Origin: Phoronis australis
Lineage: Eukaryota; Animalia; Phoronida
Reading direction: 5' to 3'
Assembly (NCBI GenBank): GCA_002633005.1
Contig: NMRA01000144.1
Span: forward strand, 248,001-312,000
DNA: 64,000 bases
Positions 53,154 through 64,000 of the stretch are shown here, piece by piece; the first letter of the stretch is position 1; each line of letters starts with the position of its first letter. The translations under genes were made by a program, and so were the position numbers. The notes under the pieces are model-generated. The model saw only the letters and a program-made list of their open reading frames with translations. It was not told where the DNA came from and made no database searches.

Positions 53154-56100
53154 GCATATAGGTGCGTGCGCCTCAATTTGAATATATGAACAGCTCCAAA
53201 TATAGGCGCATTAGCCCAAATATGCGTCTGTACGGTAAACTAAAACTTTGGAATATGGGTCATTGTGAGCTGAAGGGTCGTCATTTTTTGAAAAATCGGC
53301 CCTTCGAATTATTATTTCATTTGGGATTATTGGCTTTTTGGACCATTGAGCTGATTTTCAAATAATTATTTTTGTACGCCACGATCTTGAACAACTGTAT
53401 TGATTTTGGTAACATCCAATAACTTACTCAATAACGCCTGCCAAAGACGTCATTTCATCAGCGATTTGTCATAGCACCTATTTGGTCCCACTGTACCTTG
53501 GTGGGACAATTAGAAATTTAAAGAAATATGTCTCAAAAATATTTCTGGCCATAAATGGATAAAAATTCTGCCCATGCTGCGTGACCGATGGCGCCTTTTT
53601 AGCGAATGATTTGCGAACTGCAATAAGGTGTACTGCAATGTCTTTCGAGAAGCTCGAAATACCAGAGTTGCTGCTAAACGCTCGGTTTCGCATTCTCTCA
53701 CTTGTAACCAACTGCGCCGCCTATTGGAAGATTTTTTCATCATCCCCATTTATATTAACAACGAGCTGTCTGTCCGATTAGTTATTTGAGAAACACGCGT
53801 TTGTCAAATGGTAATTAAGACCATTAATATATCCAGCAATATGTCTGAAATGCTGTATCTGTCAAGACCGCTGAAGAATAATAAAAACGATATGAAAAGA
53901 TGCACTAGAAATGTAATTCCAAATGTAATAAACAGACTATTTAACGAAACGGCGAGCTAATTTAAAGATGCACTACCACATGTAACATACAAATCTGTCA
54001 CATTTTGTATAGTGAAGTGGCAAAGTTGGAATGCTTTCTGAATTTATGTTACAGTACATATTGGCGATAACAGCAGTCTGAACAATAGCAACAGCCGTTG
54101 ACAACAACTATGAAGCGAGGTGGTTTTGGTTCATCATTTCTGTAGTCAGATACCCTATTGGAAACTTCTGTTGGAAGTTGTCCGTGTTCGGTTTCCCGAC
54201 ACGAGGTGGCATATGGCACATGTACCCAACAAACTGTATGTAGTCATTGTCACGAGTGCGTTTGATTAAGGGAGCAAAGACAGTTTTTGCTTCGAGACCC
54301 CAAAGGGTCTGGGCCAACCATGTGCGTCAGGTAAATAATAAGCTAGCATTACATGTACGTCACAGGTTAAAGCGGGTTCAAACCCGTAACTTTAGCCAAA
54401 AAAACAAGTTTTGATTTAGGTTACTTGACGTTGTAAAACTGGTCTCTGCTAGGCTGGGAAAGAACTGTGAGTCCTACATTTCATCACACCAAGGTCATTA
54501 AAAATAGTCACGCCCTGACCTGAAGTTTTACGAGCTTGGTCTGAAAAAATAACGAATTGTCAGATCTTTCCATGCCAGAAACTATATTTTTGTCTAAGGA
54601 ATAATCTGAGACCAATTTCGTAGTGGCTTGTGGCCTAAATCAAAATTTGTTTTCGACAGAACACGCTTTAAGAGATGAAACAAGAAAACTGTCAAACGGT
54701 TGATAGTGAATTAGCACTTTTTCTCGGGTAAAATTTGTCTTTTAAAAGTAAGCAATGATTCTTGCATTTAGTTGCTATATGTCGATCAAGCTCCAAACTA
54801 ATTAAACTTAGTTGCCCGATGCACGTTTCATCGAACCACTACTCTCACTAAGTCAAGAAAGTTTTCCTTCAAGCAGACGAGATATAATTGACGACAACAG
54901 TGCCAATACCGACACGCAATGTGGACGATTTTGTATCCATTTCCTTTACCACTGAATCTTCAGCATGTATTCGCTTTTATTGACTTTCATGGTGATAAGA
55001 ATATTTGGAGAAACTCGAAATTGGGCATTTCAGAGGCTTCCAGTGTAAAACATAAAATTTTACAGATTTATGAGTGCTTGACTTGTAAAGTAACCGAGAA
55101 ATTTCGAATTTTCTGCAAACTTTTATTGGCTGAAATACTAGAGATGTTTTCAGAACCTAAAATCGCACCTTCATGGTCACATGGACACATTTGGACTTCC
55201 ATGGCCACTATGAATTTCAGACAATTTCCATGGTAATGTCACATGAACACAATTTTCCACTTGAATCATTTTGATTATGATCAAAGTCTTGCTCTCACAC
55301 GTTGTTAACCCTTATTACATGGTTAGAGGATGTTATAATGATCCAAGAAGTACCTACCCCATAACTAATACACGATCCGTACTCGAAAAAAGTCTAAATG
55401 AACGCGCCACTCACGATTCGCACACGAAGAACCACCGCCATTTTGAACTTGCCGCGAACCCGGAAGTACAATTCATTCAGGAACCCAGGCCGAGAAAACG
55501 CCGTCAGTGCGACTGAAGCTGTGCCTGTACTGTTACCAGCCAGCAAACGGGGATAAAATAATCGACAGCGCGCCTTAATTTTAATAAAATCAAACTACGG
55601 GCAATTTTATCGAATTTGCTGAAGAAATGTGGCAAATTAATTTTGACAGAAATTCTTTTGCCATACTCGGGACCGCAGCCTATCGGACCCTGTGCGGATC
55701 GAGACCAGACACTGGCGAACGGTAAATGCATGCGGTTGCAAGCTTTTTTGTCGAAGTAAAATGGTTAAATCCTAAATGCTGCATATATTCAAGGGTAGTT
55801 TCAGACACTTGCATGAAATTACGGGCTGGTTAGTCCTGTGTCACACTGCCGCGGCAGACCTTAGTTAGCCTCAGTCACCAGCTACCAGTGAAGACTATCG
55901 TCAAAATACAGCTTGTTAGTAGGCCTATACAGCTTTGCGCCAAAGCTACCCTTAGGCCTAACTGGTCGCTGGCCAAAGCGCTAGCTCAAACGAGGTTTAT
56001 TTAGAACTTGGGTACTTCTGGCGAACTGTGCAAAGTTGTTGGCTTTCAATAGAGATTTTCACAGACTTTGTATGAGCGCACCAAGCCTAAAAGAATGGGG

Positions 56101-57999
56101 GGCTTAAATTTTTGGGAATGTCTATCTTTTACTATAAGATTCAGTGGGCATGTTCAGAGCAATGAATTGCAGACTCTAAATTTTGGTACTTCCTGTCTTT
56201 TAGTGGAATATTGTGTCATTTTCTACTTTTTTCGGAATTCGTGCTTCTGGGACTGAGGCAGACCTTTTTCCAGTTCTCCGAAAAGGGGCTCGTTCGAGCA
56301 CTTAAGTATGTCAAGTCCAATACAACATGTTGTCATTTTTTATTCATTAACCCAAAATGATTCAAACTTTTAACATAATAAGTAACTTAAAATGCACAAT
56401 ACTTTACAACATTTAGCATTACAAACACTATTCAACAGCAACAATTTCCATGATATGAAAGTGGACAAACATGTAACTATTACCATGGTGACGGAATAGT
56501 GTTTCCTTACACCAGAATTTGACAAGCATCATTTTAAAAAATATGAAGTTGCAAGGAACAAGAATTAGAGGCTTGAAGCTTCACAATCCAACATAGCTTA
56601 TTTCTCAAATTAAGATTATTCATATTGTTGCCTTGATAACCTGAATTAAGAAGCAATAAGTTACAAAACATGACTTGAAAGCAATTGAGACTTAAAATTT
56701 AGAAAAATATGAATCATTTTGTGACACCGAATCAAGTCTTGAACAGCAGTTGACAGTCAAACAAAAACCATTTCAAAATTATTTCAACTATTTGTTTAGC
56801 ATAGTGTAAGATCAACTGAATGGGAAATTTACGGTAAAATAATTCGAATATATCTTATATTTTTGCACAAAAAGCACGAAAATTGAATGAAGTTTCTTTT
56901 TTGTAGCAACGTTTGTCAAAATGTATCAACGTTAAATCTTCACAAATTACAAAGTAGCCGATTGAACATATGCCTTTCAGTTCAGCAAAAGTCGCCATGT
57001 TGTCGGTGCCGCCAGAAGTGAGACGAAGTCCAACGGGAATTGTGAGCACATTTATTCCTTAATGAGTAACAACTGCGAGGCTGAAATTTGGTGAACACTG
57101 TTAAATCGTGCAGAATAGTAAGTAAAGATATGTCTAACTAAATTTCACCGTAATTTGTTGGCGAAAACAATTTACACAAAGTTTTAAACTCGTAACTTAT
57201 CCCGTTGTCCTCCAATATGGCCGACGCGATCCAAACAAAGTGACCCAATTTCGCCACAAAACTTGCAATAACACTGCTTGCCCCGATTTTGATACTTTTT
57301 CGATTTTTACTGAGTAGAATGTACTACCTTTCCGATGATAGCAAAGTGCTTTTTCAAAACGAGAAAAAAATAAAACCGAAAAAAATTGGTTCGACCCATA
57401 TTGGTTCCTAGGTTTGACCGGCCTACGTAAGGAACTAAACACCAATGCTATTTTAACATACTAAGTACGCGTAACATTCCAATAAAATCAACGACCACTA
57501 ATTAAAAACTATAAATACACTACATATGCAAACGAATCACGAGATATTACTAATAAAACAAAATAATGAAGACTTTTCGAGCAAGTCTTAGCACATTCAG
57601 TTACAAGGAAAAAATGGCGGCGTTCAGGACAAGTTCCTGAACTGATGAGCCGGAAATGTGGGTAAGGAAATAACCGATGACAGCCGGTAATTATACGCTC
57701 ACAGAGAAGGGTCAAATACTGTTAAAAAATCGCTTTTGGCAAGAAAGGCAAAAAGAATATAAACAAAGGGTGTCGAAAATAAGAATTTATATAGTAAGTA
57801 TTTTCGGATACTGGAACCACATGGACAGTTTGAGAGCAGGACTTTAAGGTGACATTGTCGGCGAGAAAAGTCTAGTTTTCTGAGATCGGATCCAATATGG
57901 ATTCGAACATGGAACCTTCGCGGTCGCAGTCAAACTCTGTTGATGGAGTCAAATGCCACTCGATTAATGACTAGAGCTATGGAATTCCAAGGCTGTTAA

Positions 58000-58765
58000 A
58001 GGAGAATGCCACCCGATTTAATTAGTCATTTTTACTGTCTTAATCAGTCTATATCCACATCGCCTCGCATACGGTCGACCTTACCTTGCCGAAAGGTGTC
58101 GCGTTAACCTGTGAGGAAGGTGAGACACGACGCAGCGACGTCAGTGGTTCATTTACAGAGTTAATGCCGCTATGTTGCGGTGCGAAGAAAGCGGGTATTA
58201 CGTTTTTTCGACTTTATCGAGAACCCGAAATGCTTAGAAAGTGTCTCGCAGTAGTGAAGAATGAAAGGTACGCTGTTAATAGCAAATATGAGGCCGTGAA
58301 ACATCTCGTGTCTGTGGCCGGCATTTCGTCGACAGTGATTTCTCTGACGAATTCCGGCTTACCAATGAGCTATCCATACATTCCGCTGCCTGTGCATGTT
58401 CAAGGCACCTGTCTAGTATTTCTTGATCAGTGCATTCCGGTTCGAACTGATAGTCTGTGAAACCTAACGATCCGACCCTTGAAGTCTTCGTCTGATGAGC
58501 TCTTGACTAAGTCGGGATTGGTGCCGGGCGAGTTGTTATTATTCTCCGTTTTGTTTCAAAATGAATTATTCTCATCCTAAGCAATGCTTATATAAAACTG
58601 AAACAAAGTCTGTCTCGTTAGATACAATTTGTAATGCCTTTGCAGTATTCGTGAGTGCAAATGTTGAGAAGCCAGCAATGAATAAACCACTGCGTTACCG
58701 GCTTTTGATGCCGGCAATAAAGGTAATTGACACAATGTAGGTTGTTTTTTGGGTGGCATTCTCCT
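58000..58765 (+). mobile_element. Kolobok-type non-autonomous DNA transposon with a THAP-domain remnant
   Basis: Perfect 15-bp TIR AGGAGAATGCCACCC with TTAA on both sides (57996-57999 and 58766-58769). The interior encodes MPLC..GITFFRL..EP..RKCL and, after a frameshift, RVCGRHFVDSDF (THAP C2CH signature). Confidence 0.85.
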
Positions 58766-59249
58766 TTAACTATTGAAGCGAACGGTTTTCACACGTAAAC
58801 GCGTTCAGGGTTGACTTTTTAACGCTCTATTCTATTTAGTAAGGTGTCAATGTGCTGCGAAGATGAATGTTTGCGTCATGACGTAAAGCGACCAAGGCGG
58901 GTAGGTCATGGAGTCCAAGAACGGTTGTTCTTTAGATTTAAATACGGCAACCTCACCCTTTCATTTAAGCTAAACATTAGTCAAAAACTGGCGAAGCAGT
59001 GGAATCAGTTGCTGTTGCTGTTTTGTTGACATGTTGTCGTGGGGAAGTTGCTATGTGAAAGTAATCATCGGTAGGTTTACCAAGGGAACATCACCAGGGC
59101 CACGTATCATCTTACGGATGAGCACCCACGACAGGTCTTATCCTGGTGTGATATCGAAAAAGGAAAGACGGTATATGATCTTGTCAGGCTTCAGTGTAGG
59201 TGTACTTGGTTTTTCTTAATTACTTAGATAAGCCGTTGTAGGTGTGCGA

Positions 59250-60000
59250 TCGGACGCAAATTAGCATGTAGGCTTGGCTTTTCTGTACGTCTTCAAAGGA
59301 GCAATTGGAGATTCTGTCTTCATCATAGTGGAACCAATTTTGGAACTCTTTGATTCAGAAATAGGTTGTAAGGATTCACCTTGATGGACTATCATTGCCT
59401 CAAGTAAGAAGGACCCGTCAGAGCTTGTGGAGTTGGAAGTGCGGCACTGTGGCTGAAGATTCATCTCCTTATCAATGTCTACATACGACTGTGTCTTTTC
59501 AATGCGTTCCATGGTCCGCTGGTTTCTCTGCACATGGGTGATGAAGACATAAGGAGGTGACGATATCTTGGACTGGAATGCATGTGCCTGCTCGACTGCT
59601 TGACCTTTCGAACGACGTGTTTGGCACGAAGAAGTGTTATCAGTCAGACTTTTACTTCAGGTGAATTCATTCATCATGTCAGAGATGTTAGGTACTTGAC
59701 TTGGTCCTGTGATGGTAGAGTTCTTCATTACAATTTCCCCACTGTTCAGTAGATCGTACATGAATTCGTGACAGCTCCTCTTGCCTTCTATTGCCATAGC
59801 CTGGGAAATGTTCTTGAAGGGCACAGATCACCTTTGAGGGCTATTCTTCGATCTAGAGGGTCTGTACTTGAACTCAAAGAGTTCCGATATTTTTTTTTCA
59901 GTATTGGTGTTGTCTTTGCTTCATGGATGTTATTTTTGAAGCCTGGTAATTGTCTAAGAGCCTGTAGCATTGAGTTACCAGAGTTGTGGAGTATAACCAT
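59250..60000 (-). pseudogene. Intronless decayed ubiquitin-specific protease (C19/UCH) catalytic domain
   Basis: Motifs in order across frameshifts: LHNSGNSMLQALRQLPGF (Cys box), FPGY..RQE/HEFMYDLLN, PPYVFITHVQRN, FLLEAMIVHQGES (His box), NWFHYDEDRIS, AYML. Confidence 0.78.
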
Positions 60001-63000
60001 ATCCTATCCGGCAAAACAGCTGACTCTACGTTGACATCCAGAAGGATGAGGAATTGCGAGGTCTCTGGACTATTGACCAGACTCCGGCTAGTTAAACCAG
60101 TTCTGGGAGTACTCAATCATCCCGCTTCCCTCGCAACTTCTGGTTCTTCTGTCACCTGCATTCTATGAAATGATTGACTCGATCTGTTGTTAAATAGCTT
60201 GCGCGTAGGGCCACTTTACTGCAGGTCTCTAGAGTTGACATTCCCAGGTTCTTCGAGAGGCCAAGAGCGGTTACGCATGATCAGGTTGGGTAATTGTAGA
60301 AGCCGCGGCTGCTGATCTCAACAGGAAAGAAGTGTGTTTCCCAACCATGATTTCTGCAATCTAAGATCAGCCCTTCATACTTGCATTTCAAATCGTCAGT
60401 CCCTCAACACCGTGATTCGGCGAAAGAATAATGACACGCCGTGACAACTTGTGGAGCCTGGTCAATAGCTGTCAGTTACTATCACCAGAAATCACACATA
60501 TTGTAACCACGGAACGAGGTGGGGTCAAATTCATAAGGCTAAGTGGTATCAATCAAAAGTAGCGTTTGGGAGTGATCGGCAAGTTTAAAGCCGCTTTAAA
60601 CTGTAACACATGAAGTGGTTATAAATCTTAATTAAGTCAACAAGTCGCAAAGCACTTACACAAGACTCCCATGCTCAATAAATATTATTGAACATTGAAA
60701 GTGTATAGCACAAGCCTCATTTTGGCACACAAGCCATATGACACTTGTTGGGTACTGTGTGGTGACTTATCCCGTGAAACATTAAACATTTACCAGTTAT
60801 CAAACAACAGACAGCACTTGCAACCATAAAAACGACTTCCAGGAACATATGAGGAGCAAGTTGCAGATGGGTAACAATAGGCAGTAAACTCACTGCATTG
60901 ACTTTCTTGCCCGAGTCCGTAGAAGACATATTCGACATCTAACCCATTCCTCGGTACAATCTACGGTTGGGACATTTTTCGGAAACCTATGTAGGAAGAA
61001 CTGCATCAAGTTGAACTGGCACGGTGCTTGCATCATCTATCACACTCAACCAGAGAACACTGATACCACAGACTATTTTTAAAATTTAACATTCCAACGC
61101 CAAAACTAGACTTGAACAGCAAAACGTGGATCTCGTCTGCCCAGCCGCTCGAGTTGTATTCATGTGCCTTAATGGTTACAATTCGTTAATTTTCGGTGAC
61201 TTCGTGTATCAGTGCTCCCGAATAAGATAGACAACTAAAGACTGCGATCAATTCATGCCTGTAGCCAGGGCCGAGAGTGCAAGAACCGGGCCCCCATATC
61301 GCGGACTGACCAAGTTGTTGCTACGTGTTGCATAGAACTAGAACGTGCCTCTAGGGATTACCGCTGCTAGTTTTTACATTGCGAATGGCAAAAAACAGAT
61401 ATTCCGACAATGATAAATGTTTCATTAACCGAAAAACTCGTAACTGGTGTGATGTGAAATCAATGTGGCTACTTTCCGCCATTTTGAAGCTAATTTGTTA
61501 AATGATTGTACGAATCCCAAATGTTGACCTTAAGAAATGCTAGTGTTCTAAATATGTTTGAATACATTGCACTACTAAGAAATTTTAGGAAGGGGATTTG
61601 AAGGGTATATTTCAAAACAGCATTAATTTATGTTTAAAACCATTTACGATGAACACCTGAGCTGGATTTTTACATACAGTTATTTTCTAACTTTTTCCGA
61701 GTGTTGAAATGTGCTTATGAGAGGAAATTCCGGAGTGCAAATTCAACGCCGGAACAGTAAGGTCAAACAACTTGTGAACAATTATAGAATTGTAGGCCCT
61801 GTGTAATCGTAACATTCTATTGACAACAATCATTTTGCAGCGCCACTGAAGTGTGCAAGTGGTGAATACCAGTATTAAATGCAGAATCACAGGTGTTCAC
61901 ATTTTCAAAAAAAAAAACAAATTTTTTAAATTTTTTATTTTCATAAAAATACGTGAATTGTTACATGGACACTGCGCGACAAACTAAGGAACGGCTTTTT
62001 ATGGTTCGTTGCTTTACAAACCCTCATGGAATCACACTTAAATCCTTGTTTAAAAGTTGACAAAAGAGAGAATGCAAGATCTGTGTTGCCTTAATCTTGA
62101 ATCAGTCAATCCATCATGCCTGCTAGGTAAATCATGAACAAGAAATATAGAGCTTGATGTTACAACAGAGTCTTATTATTTTTGGTCCACATTAGTTACT
62201 TGGAATGTAGCCTGACAACTCCAATGGTCCTGGCATGCATAAGTTTCAATTTATCGTGAAAACCTTGCTAGAAAACTTAGATTATAATCCCCATCATTAC
62301 AACTCTTGTGGAAGAACACCAACATAGTGTTCTGTAAGTGCAACATGCGTCACATGTGTCACAAGCCTTCTGTTGTAAACCCTATGTGGCACGTGCGTTC
62401 TGCTGAAACACCTTTTTGCGATCTACAGTGCGTTTCAACTTGAACAGCAGGAATTCCAAAACTAGAACACCGTGTGTGCTGCGCTTTTATATCAATAATG
62501 CGTTCACAAAGTGTAACATTTTTGTGTTCTAGTAAAGTAGAACACATATGGTTAGAGTTTTGCATTGTCATTCTGTGTACCTTGGTACGTTTGGAACAGG
62601 TTCAAATTGCGGAAGTGCAGCCAAGTTTTTTACAGTTTATTTCTCATATACAGAATGGATTAAGTTAAACGTCAGAATTTATGCATCAACTGCAAGATAT
62701 TATTGTTCGTTTTGTTTAGAGTAACAGCATTCCATCTTGTGTAGTATGTACAAGTGGCGTAGTTCAATATGTTGGCAAGGATGGTCTAGACTTAAGTATA
62801 TAACTGTTGATCGCCGATGAGCCCCAACAGAGCAACACCGAACAAATAAAAACAGTCGCGTAATAGACAGTTATATCTCTCCACGGAAAATGCGTAGCTG
62901 TGCAGGATATCAGCAACAAATAGGATTTTTATGTTGCACAATGTTCTTTGTTGTTTATAAACAATTTTAGTTAATCCCAGAAATGCTCAAAAGTCAAATG

Positions 63001-63177
63001 ACTAGAACAAGGTATCGCTCTTGCGAATGTTAAATGGACTATCAAAAGATCTAAATAGCTGACACTAAGTGTTAATACACTCGAAGCTCGCGACTTACAA
63101 ATGCCCAAAAGGCATGCTGTTCACGACACACAACAGGATAGATTATAGTGCAGTTATTTTAACGACGACGCAGCACG

Positions 63178-63999
63178 TCAGCGAATAGAGATGACCGATC
63201 GCTTATTTGCATCGCAGCGGATGCCCGTTTCTTCATAATTAGAAGTAGTCATGTGGTCGTATCCATCTGCAACAATCTCGTCCCTAACACTAATGCGGCT
63301 GACGTTTTCACAAGAGTCCATTTGTTTTTCTGTTGAAGATTTATCACTACCGCTTGGGCATACTTTCACGTGGTGACGGACGGTATTTTTAGACTCGCCG
63401 TGAACAGCTATTGCATTCTCACCAACAGAGTTTCTGGTTTCGCCGTCTTGAACCGTTTGTAACGTCTTGATACCGTTCGTTTTCAAATTCTGCAGTTCCA
63501 ACCCATCATCTTGAGTGGTCTCGTTATGGCTAACGCGGCGATCGGCAAGTGTGATTTCGTTTGGTGAAATGGAACCATTTTCTTTGGCGTCAGGTTCCTC
63601 CAAAGCAAACGCTTTGTTCTCGTATTGTTTTTTCAGTAACGTTCTGGCAGACTTTGGTGTCTCTGGAAGAAGTCGTCTTAGATTATGTGGTGTGGGCAAC
63701 GGTGTGTCCACTGTGTGACTAGAAGGAAAGTCATTCACACGTTTATTTTTTAGAGGTTTAGAATTTATATCAGCTGAGCGCTCTGAATGTTGCGATGGAC
63801 AACAGACTTCAAAATTGGCTGACGAGAAGGTATACAAGAGAGGATTCAGAGCAGAGTTGATGGGCATGATGAACACAGCCACCCAGGCTGAAATTTGTCG
63901 ACTTATGGTGACTCCAGAAAGAGCAACGATGCCAATCACAGAGATTGGGACCCAGCAGCAAAAATCGGTCAACACGATTAGTACTAATCGCCGGGCAAG
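63178..63999 (-). CDS. Rhodopsin-class GPCR of the GRL101/relaxin-receptor (LGR type C) group, 3' part: TM6, TM7 and ~210-aa C-terminal tail; 5'-partial
   Basis: The frame stays open to the window edge: LARRLVLIVLTDFCCWVPI..IGIVAL...AWVAVFIMPINSALNPLLYTF, typical of LGR-type TM6/TM7. TGA at 63178-63180. Confidence 0.9.
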   Translation of the reverse strand, partial: LARRLVLIVLTDFCCWVPISVIGIVALSGVTISRQISAWVAVFIMPINSALNPLLYTFSSANFEVCCPSQHSERSADINSKPLKNKRVNDFPSSHTVDTPLPTPHNLRRLLPETPKSARTLLKKQYENKAFALEEPDAKENGSISPNEITLADRRVSHNETTQDDGLELQNLKTNGIKTLQTVQDGETRNSVGENAIAVHGESKNTVRHHVKVCPSGSDKSSTEKQMDSCENVSRISVRDEIVADGYDHMTTSNYEETGIRCDANKRSVISIR

Positions 64000-64000
64000 T

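Noticed and set aside
59261-59700. Retroviral/Ginger integrase interpretation
   Set aside because: The ordered USP motifs (Cys box, HEF, VHxG, WFHYD, AYML) explain the region far better, and no convincing DDE triad is present.

Overview
AT-rich animal genomic DNA with GT-AG introns, microsatellites, five N-gaps and dense transposon debris; the gene and TE repertoire suggests a marine invertebrate, probably lophotrochozoan (inference). Host genes: (1) a 5-coding-exon, 234-aa ankyrin-repeat gene on the minus strand (18650->1635), reconstructed by hand from splice sites and phases. Its 10.4-kb last intron holds two opposite-strand ORF regions: an intact 417-aa ORF and a frameshifted locus with an internal repeat. 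(2) The TM6-TM7 and C-tail of a GRL101/relaxin-receptor-type GPCR running off the right edge. Between about 20 and 62 kb the window is mostly mobile-element remains: a HERO-like non-LTR retrotransposon, a truncated Gypsy element with its 3' LTR, a young Harbinger-type MITE inside a DDE_Tnp_4 transposase pseudogene, a Kolobok element with a THAP remnant, a RecQ-helicase fragment (possibly AcademH), a tRNA-derived SINE and an intronless decayed USP deubiquitinase domain. The most unusual structure is a ~51-bp palindromic tandem array (35056-35523) whose GC-rich cores switch orientation. All family assignments come from motif recognition by eye; no searches were run.
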